A DNA stretch of 64,000 bases from a virus: the IMG/VR virus record IMGVR_UViG_3300024319_000003, positions 1 to 64,000 of that record. One strand, given 5' to 3'. Each line of letters starts with the position of its first letter. The first letter of the stretch is position 1. The notes beneath the pieces were generated by a model that searched no databases, had not been told where the DNA came from, and saw only the letters and a program-made list of their open reading frames with translations. The position numbers and the translations under genes are program-made. Shown here piece after piece: positions 58,301 through 64,000 of the stretch.

Positions 58301-61104
58301 ATGTAATAGGAGTAGATCCAGTTATAAAAGATAAGTTTGTAGGCACACCCTACGAAATACACCCTACAGGTTCTATTGCAAGTCTACATCAAGACTTCTA
58401 CATAATGTTTAGTTCTGAATCAATAGACAATAGGTTCCCAGGGAATACTTCATTTGATGCCGATATACACCACCCGAATTTAGTATGTATAGCTTACAAC
58501 CTACAGAACTCAAGTAGCAGATGGTCTGCTAGATTTAATGACAGTAGCGATTACCACTCTTTTGATCCACTACCGAACGATGTAATTCTATCAGCATTTG
58601 AACAATCAGGTTCTATAGGTGTTAAGAAAGAAATACATAAATTTTACACCCCGTTAAACGGTTTTATTATTGAAGAACCTACAGCAGCATTTGTAGACAT
58701 TACATTTAAATACTCTGACTACTCTCCTACACAGGCTACAACTAGTTTAATTCTTACATCTAATGTACTACCTCTTTTAACAAAACACTACGTAGTACGA
58801 CGCTCAGGAACACCTGGGGATATTTACAGTAGTCAAGTTGGAGTAATAATACCATACAGTAGTTCAGCAGCAACAAAAGCATTAGCATTTAAAGAAGCTA
58901 TAGATAGCCCTAATGGACAGAAGTTTAGATTTAACTTAGATATAGTAACTAAATTTGAAGAAGGAGATACGTTAAGAATATCACAAAAACAGCTAGGAAC
59001 ATCAGGAAACATAGCCTCTAACCCTTCTACACTTAACTCGGTTATGCCGACCTACATGTTAAATAGTAATTCATATCCAATACCTAACTGGAGTGGAGGA
59101 AAGAATAAGTCAAGAACTAATATAAGACATAATGCTACTACGTTCTATAACGAGGAAGTGAAGACTATAAGTGGTTCTGTTACAAAAAACATAGCAGATG
59201 AATCTCCGAAGTATAATGGAGAGCTATCAGGCTCTACTATTACTATAACAGACGGAGAATTAAATGTTAATAACCCATTTAAATACTTATCTCACCCAGT
59301 AACAAAATTTAATATAACCCCAGTAGAGCAAAGTAGTGCTGATGTATTAGAATCACTATTCATAATGGACAGCAGTAATCCTACGGAGTATAACACTAAT
59401 ATTGCTGCGTGTGGTGCTTTTACATTAATATCAGATGCATATCAATTCTACCATGATGGGACTACATCTCCACCTTTAGCAAACGGAAGTGATAAAGTTT
59501 ATTTAGATATCAACGGTGCTACAGTTTTTGCAGGAAATGGAACAGGAGATTTCTATAGTACAGCAATACAAACAGGTAATACAGTTGAAAAATTTGCAAT
59601 GGAGATAGAGACAGATGGAACTATCCTTAGTATAACGAACTGTGGTACACTAGACAGTACCGCTCCTCTTGCTCCTTCATCAGCATGGTATAATTCTTCG
59701 ATAACATCTAATAACGTTTCTGCCGTTCCCTTCAGAGCATATAACTGTGAAGTAGGTACTACAATGATAGTAACTGCATCAGATGAAAGTAGTAATGAAG
59801 CTTATTCTAGCCTTGGCGTTGTTAATACATCCGTTTTTGGAAGTATAAACTGTTCTACCTTATCAGATGGAGACGATATCACACTAAGTGTTAAACTAAG
59901 AGACGCAGTAGGTAATGTATCACCAGAATCAACAGTACACACAGCAGCACACCACCATGGGAAAGTGATTCCTAAACAAGTAGCAGTTCCTTCAGGGTAC
60001 TCAGGATACTTTGCAGTTAAAGAAAGCGCTATGTTACTTCTAACACAGTCTATAAACTACACTGCTGCATACAAAGTACAAGTGCATCACTCTGTAGACT
60101 TTAACGGTACAGTCTCAGTAATTTTTGACGGAAACCACACTGGAGCAACTCAACGAACAGCAACCTCAACATATATAAGTGCTTCATCAGCAACTCCAGG
60201 AACATCAAGTGTCTTTATAAACGACTTTGCAAGTCAAGATTTCTCAAGCCCTACTTACGGTAATACTGTCTATGGATATGTATACCTTACTGACACCTTC
60301 GGTAACGTAGGAGCATACCACACAGCATCTGTAACACATAAACCAGAATATGATTATGATTGGGAAAACGCAACTGGCGCAGGAACCCCACCAACTTATA
60401 TTAATCTAACCGGTTACGCACAAACAGGTTCAACCTATGTAAGAGCAAAACAGAACGGAGGATACGTAGGAAATACTGACTACGAAATGCAATCGCTGTC
60501 ACCTGGTAACTTTCTTCAAGCATATAACCCATACTATTCGTATTTGGGAAATAGAACTTACGGTAAAGGAAATAGTAATGTTTTCACAGCTATCGTTACA
60601 GAAAATTCTGGAACTAACACACGATATGGAGCCTACAGGAAAAAAATTGTTAAAGACGGATACACTTACATAATGGGTCCTAGCCAAGGCTGGTCACAGG
60701 ATGAACTCTGTGTTAGTATGGACACCAATATTCTAATGAAAACCGGTAAACAAAAACTAGCTGAAGAATTACAGGTCGGAGATATTATTAGAACTCAACA
60801 TGAAGATACATTAGAATGGTTTGAAGATATAATTATACGTAAGGAAATCTCATCAGCAGAAAAAGAAACATTAGAAATTGAATTTGAAGATGGGACAGTA
60901 CTTATAGCCACTCCAGGACATAGGGTATATATAGAAGAAGAAAATAAATTTATTGCCTTAAGGGATATAAAAGTAGAACAAAAAGCATCAGGAAAGATAA
61001 TAAGAAGTATAAAAGAAGGGGCGAAACAAAAGGTAGTAAGCCTAACAGTAGAAAAATGTCGTACATATATAAGTAACGGTATACTATCTCATAATACAAA
61101 GTAA
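55327..61104 (+). CDS. Large baseplate/tail protein with C-terminal Hint domain
   Basis: LLKSKGTERGLRALINCFG (baseplate wedge/tail-I-like); ends CVSMDT...ATPGH...NGILSHN-TK. Confidence 0.85.
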   Translation: MAKVTYTSQDIIANSLPDVEKYSSKDLNLIDNFKVNKEFDFNKHYIETHFYTVNNYRLYSSYNYSLPVPNLSIPTEDQKSTEIELKPAELAIQQGFARTKVKVLFHFLNDVFTIGNGKQDLYIHSISTDRKEVLLYSDKIKVNELINRTDELKEKIKSKSYFEELSLNMGDNDLLIVTNIDTFQLDNKYTVALRLYEPLPDKYDIKSDVQLVEKVSDSIATLVIPDIEEEERQAPKLRQANFSVELETQDSTPTEYFKLNDLFSYESNNSNKELFSLINEKSANIGIDHREYENFIHFSSAEERLRNFKYKVSLLEAYESDLLTEQGINNPNTVAASGSIVATRNLIDGIVNNFDHYERFLYYESGSKSWPKSNDDKPYVNLEISNTASVAWFDEQITSASSYDARNLDVLTGFLPEYIADDDNNKAAITFTHMLGQHYDNLWIYTKALTDKYDTDNRLDYGISKDLVQEAVKSMGIKLYNSVEGTNDLFSYIIQDTYDSGSQSEVINHYAGPFTEAEFASGFIRFRSDSNTADSNMTITLTSVQGTTITYQATNDVSKTSTIDAATGNTLFYIGNAGVYTGAVAREYRFNNAIKSSNGHGGEFTYESTSIAGEIVIKQTIAGPQGNIAWITGSSFYGAGQLSGGMSTAFTGGTTSTGKSISTKDYEASVYKRLYHNIPLLLKSKGTERGLRALINCFGIPKDFLTIKTFGQHEDSIYFGPENAYTSSLNSVTVIPSIPEDGKVLTGNRSITLENPQGNRQSTNIYKSRKVEVGFSPSTVLNKYINEQADLIRANYTQAQFSLDHWIGDPRDLNKDVYESPDYKFKYTLERLKYNIFPDLGKEYLNYNLKDFVRIFKFYDNVLFKMIKDFVPSNANLDVGIIIQPHSLERSKIKSPSVEGTDNTYSASIDTAFVTGSSAGAYNDKVLPENKHLKGLPVNFSPGKVGGHSDINFHINFATGSADFGEIVPQGTVFYHPDGTEYNIEEVYKPGNVIGVDPVIKDKFVGTPYEIHPTGSIASLHQDFYIMFSSESIDNRFPGNTSFDADIHHPNLVCIAYNLQNSSSRWSARFNDSSDYHSFDPLPNDVILSAFEQSGSIGVKKEIHKFYTPLNGFIIEEPTAAFVDITFKYSDYSPTQATTSLILTSNVLPLLTKHYVVRRSGTPGDIYSSQVGVIIPYSSSAATKALAFKEAIDSPNGQKFRFNLDIVTKFEEGDTLRISQKQLGTSGNIASNPSTLNSVMPTYMLNSNSYPIPNWSGGKNKSRTNIRHNATTFYNEEVKTISGSVTKNIADESPKYNGELSGSTITITDGELNVNNPFKYLSHPVTKFNITPVEQSSADVLESLFIMDSSNPTEYNTNIAACGAFTLISDAYQFYHDGTTSPPLANGSDKVYLDINGATVFAGNGTGDFYSTAIQTGNTVEKFAMEIETDGTILSITNCGTLDSTAPLAPSSAWYNSSITSNNVSAVPFRAYNCEVGTTMIVTASDESSNEAYSSLGVVNTSVFGSINCSTLSDGDDITLSVKLRDAVGNVSPESTVHTAAHHHGKVIPKQVAVPSGYSGYFAVKESAMLLLTQSINYTAAYKVQVHHSVDFNGTVSVIFDGNHTGATQRTATSTYISASSATPGTSSVFINDFASQDFSSPTYGNTVYGYVYLTDTFGNVGAYHTASVTHKPEYDYDWENATGAGTPPTYINLTGYAQTGSTYVRAKQNGGYVGNTDYEMQSLSPGNFLQAYNPYYSYLGNRTYGKGNSNVFTAIVTENSGTNTRYGAYRKKIVKDGYTYIMGPSQGWSQDELCVSMDTNILMKTGKQKLAEELQVGDIIRTQHEDTLEWFEDIIIRKEISSAEKETLEIEFEDGTVLIATPGHRVYIEEENKFIALRDIKVEQKASGKIIRSIKEGAKQKVVSLTVEKCRTYISNGILSHNTK
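60709..61095 (+). other. Hint (intein-like) autoprocessing domain, 129 aa, no endonuclease
   Basis: Block A C-VSMDT, EELQVGD, block B TPGH, terminal HN followed by Thr. Confidence 0.85.
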
Positions 61105-61128
61105 AGATAAATAATATAGAATAGTAAT

Positions 61129-62940
61129 ATGGCTAACATAACACAATTTGCAAACACAAACCCAAATAATGGAGAAATTAGAGCATTCTATAATGTAGAT
61201 TCATTGTCTGGAGACCATATAGTACGAGCTCTTACGGTACATGAAAATGCTATTGGAGGGATTGACGTAGTGCCTACACTACAAAACCTACAGAGTTTAA
61301 AAATGAGAATAACAAGCTCAGGAGATTTCAGCTCATTTAAAAAGATATCAGCAACAAAAAAAGGCAATTACTTCTTCATTGATAACGTAGATCTTACGTT
61401 TGCTGATATATCTTCAAGCTTATCATCATCTGTTACATTTGACCCATTTATGTCAGAAAACTTCTATAACAATGATTACAACGTATTAATAAGTAATTCA
61501 GAAGAGATTCGAACAGGTACTAAAAGGTATAAGTTAAATAGATCTGCAGGCACTGTACACCCTTCTAACTTTAACGCTGCAGTCGGAATAGAAGTTAACA
61601 GGATCGGATTTAATGACGAGGATCATAACACATTTCTTAATAACACAGTATTTAGCACAAGTGGAGGCGCAGGTACTGTCGTTACAGCACCAGCTCCATT
61701 TAGAAACGATATAGACATAGAAGTCTCTGTAACTAGGGACTCAATTGTAAACGCACTAGGAAACGTAAACGGTGCAGTAATATTAGAAGACCCCACGGAT
61801 AAGTACAACCACCTTTTTGCAGTTAAACTTGAAATTAACCCAGAAAGTGACTTTACTGGTGTTGGTGTAGCACATACATTAGCACAAGTAGAGTATATTG
61901 ACGGTAGATATTTAAAGACTGTTTTTCCTTATAGACAAGTAATCCCATCTGGTAGCTACGGTGATTTTGTACATACCAGAATAAAAGTAATAAACAATCC
62001 AGGACTTAGTTACCCTGGTCTAACACCACCTAAAAAAATTATAGGAACGTTAACATCGTTAGACAGAACAACAAACTACACCGAAGTAAGATATGCAACA
62101 CCAGAGTTTACACCTTACGCAGAACACGCTGAAGTTCAAGATTCTAACTATACATCAACAGGTATATCTAATGCAAGGTACAGAGGATCTAAAACTTCCA
62201 AAGAAGAATTCAGTGGAATAGATTCTGCTATAAACGCCCAAACTATTAAAGTATTAAGGTTAACTGAAGGTTCCATATCTAGTTCCTTTGATAACACACC
62301 ATCTTACGGTAGATCATGGTTTAATATAAACATGTTATTAAACGGGATATCAGGTTCAGACGGATTAAGAAAAGAGTATGAAAATGCAATTGAAGAGATA
62401 TCATTTACAGGCCTTAGAGATAAACCAGCAACAAGAGTTGGAAACGTAGGTGAGTTTTATACTGGTGGAAACGCTTATGAAATAGAATCGTCTACAACAA
62501 ACCATTTTGATATATGGAAAGAAGGGTACGGTCAAAAAATACTACCAGGAGATCTACTTTCGTTTGTTTCCGAAAGTTCAGCCGGAGCAGATATAAAAGA
62601 GTATATGCAAATTGTATCCGTAGCTACAAAGTACGATGCCGGCGGAACAGTAATAAGGGAAGTATTAACAGTACAGGTGCTAAGAGGTAGAGGACCAGAT
62701 GGAAACGCAAATAACACCGCAGGAAAAGTAGCAAACGGTAACCACATAATTTCACTAGCATCAGGAGATAGGTTAATAGACATAGAAGGGAATAGAGTTA
62801 TACCTTTTTCTAATGCAATATTTGTACTAAACCCAGATAAAGTAAAAGATGCTCCTGATGATATGGTTATAGTAGAAACTAACAACCAAGGGTTTATATT
62901 TAACACATACATATCAGGATCACAAGACGGTACACTTTAA
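61129..62940 (+). CDS. Putative virion structural protein
   Basis: 603 aa, S/T/G/N-rich; FYNNDYN, VQDSNY..G..NARY.GSK. Confidence 0.75.
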   Translation: MANITQFANTNPNNGEIRAFYNVDSLSGDHIVRALTVHENAIGGIDVVPTLQNLQSLKMRITSSGDFSSFKKISATKKGNYFFIDNVDLTFADISSSLSSSVTFDPFMSENFYNNDYNVLISNSEEIRTGTKRYKLNRSAGTVHPSNFNAAVGIEVNRIGFNDEDHNTFLNNTVFSTSGGAGTVVTAPAPFRNDIDIEVSVTRDSIVNALGNVNGAVILEDPTDKYNHLFAVKLEINPESDFTGVGVAHTLAQVEYIDGRYLKTVFPYRQVIPSGSYGDFVHTRIKVINNPGLSYPGLTPPKKIIGTLTSLDRTTNYTEVRYATPEFTPYAEHAEVQDSNYTSTGISNARYRGSKTSKEEFSGIDSAINAQTIKVLRLTEGSISSSFDNTPSYGRSWFNINMLLNGISGSDGLRKEYENAIEEISFTGLRDKPATRVGNVGEFYTGGNAYEIESSTTNHFDIWKEGYGQKILPGDLLSFVSESSAGADIKEYMQIVSVATKYDAGGTVIREVLTVQVLRGRGPDGNANNTAGKVANGNHIISLASGDRLIDIEGNRVIPFSNAIFVLNPDKVKDAPDDMVIVETNNQGFIFNTYISGSQDGTL

Positions 62941-62999
62941 ACATTAAGACTAGGTAGAAAAGATTAAATTAATATATTTATAATAAACAACATTAACAA

Positions 63000-63659
63000 A
63001 TGGGATATTTAAACAACGGTGTCGTAACAGTCGATGCAATACTTACAAAAAAAGGAAGAGAGTTACTAGCTAGAGGAGATGGCTCTTTTAAAATTACACA
63101 ATTTGCTTTAGCTGATGATGAAATAGATTACACACTTTATAATCCCTCTCATCCATCCGGCTCAGCATTCTACGGTGAAGCAGTAGAAAATATGCCTCTA
63201 CTAGAAGCATTTGCAGATGAAACTCAAGTAATGAAATATAAACTTGCCACTCTACCTAGAGGAACTGCTAAACTGCCGATATTAGAAGCAGGTTTTGCCT
63301 CTATAACATTAAAACAAGGAGCAGCATTAACCATTACTCCACAAACACTTAACTATCTTGGAGCATCACAAGCATTCGAATCTAGCGGTTATACTGTTAC
63401 TATTGCAGATGTTAGACTTCTATCAAACTTTACAGGAGTAGGTATTAATAGTGCAGAAGCAGATAGATTAAATGCGAGTACTACTTTAGGTACTAACGTA
63501 TCTAAAACAGTAGTAGGTACATCGATTAACTTAACTGGTACAACTATAAACACATTATTCGGTACATCCAATTCATCTCTTTCAAGTACTATTTCAATTA
63601 TAGGAAGAGACAGTGGAGCTAGAATTACTATTCCAATAACAATTACTAAAACAAACTAA
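63000..63659 (+). CDS. Virion structural protein
   Basis: VDAILTKKGRELLA, ITQFALADDEIDY; TATTTAT upstream. Confidence 0.8.
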   Translation: MGYLNNGVVTVDAILTKKGRELLARGDGSFKITQFALADDEIDYTLYNPSHPSGSAFYGEAVENMPLLEAFADETQVMKYKLATLPRGTAKLPILEAGFASITLKQGAALTITPQTLNYLGASQAFESSGYTVTIADVRLLSNFTGVGINSAEADRLNASTTLGTNVSKTVVGTSINLTGTTINTLFGTSNSSLSSTISIIGRDSGARITIPITITKTN

Positions 63660-63665
63660 TAAGAT

Positions 63666-64000
63666 ATGTCATTTAAAAAATTTGATAACGAGGATATAGT
63701 AGTAAGTGCAGATTCTATCTCATCAGTGTTATGGTCAACAGGAACCTACAACCTAACAGCAGCATTTACTTCATCCACCCAAGACTCCTCTACAAGTGGG
63801 GACTACTACTTAAACGTATACCAAACTGGCTCCGACCTTAATAATGCAGAAGTACAGTACTCAATAGCTTATGGACATAAAGATGGAGCAGGAGCATCAC
63901 TATTTAATTCAAACGTATCAGGAAAATCTCCTTCAGCAACAGTCTACGGACAATATCGCTCATTAGTACTAGGAGATGAAGAATTAGACTTTAAATTTGA
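63666..64000 (+). CDS. Virion structural protein (3'-truncated by window edge)
   Basis: Open frame MSFKKFDNEDIVVS... runs to the window end. Confidence 0.75.
   Translation, partial: MSFKKFDNEDIVVSADSISSVLWSTGTYNLTAAFTSSTQDSSTSGDYYLNVYQTGSDLNNAEVQYSIAYGHKDGAGASLFNSNVSGKSPSATVYGQYRSLVLGDEELDFKF

Noticed and set aside
60709-61095. Mobile homing intein
   Set aside because: No endonuclease domain and only two residues of C-extein
2828-63571. Most minus-strand and nested ORFs in the track (e.g. 3222-3542, 6885-7229, 7240-7494, 11560-11832, 12217-12450, 17605-17823, 54439-54895, 62532-62912)
   Set aside because: They are shadows of well-supported plus-strand genes with no promoter or recognisable motif; only 5252-5578 and the 44126-44679 operon are accepted on the minus strand
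1-64000. Stop-codon reassignment
   Set aside because: Long genes are intact in the standard code, TAG and TGA end recognisable proteins at the expected places, and no suppressor tRNA is present

Overview
This is a 64-kb, AT-rich, almost entirely plus-strand segment of a large contractile-tailed (T4-type baseplate) bacteriophage read in the standard genetic code. The host is very probably a Bacteroidetes/Flavobacteria species: about 20 TTG-N19/20-TAnnTT(T) promoters, no canonical Shine-Dalgarno sites, Gln after nearly every signal peptide, a T9SS C-terminal signal and a Flavobacteria-like bS21. In order it contains: family-A DNA polymerase; Hsp20-GroES-GroEL-Hc1 chaperone block; an 8-kb module of exported proteins (GEVED, cohesin, dockerin, T9SS signal, two CsgG-like proteins, two beta-barrels, thioredoxin fold) nested among putative lysis genes; a Cas4-like nuclease; a glycosylation cluster; a long early region of small genes, many with their own repeated promoter-leader cassette, plus two tRNAs and bS21; a late sigma-like factor; and baseplate/tail genes, one ending in a Hint domain. 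The best candidates for undescribed biology are: (1) the phage-encoded cohesin-dockerin/T9SS/CsgG cell-envelope module; (2) a GC-rich element present three times with a covarying C-GAA-G mini-hairpin; (3) an inverted repeat that exactly brackets hsp20; (4) a bS21 that seems to lack the tyrosine that occludes the anti-SD; (5) a structured RNA between the tRNAs. All family calls come from motif recognition by eye; no searches were run.
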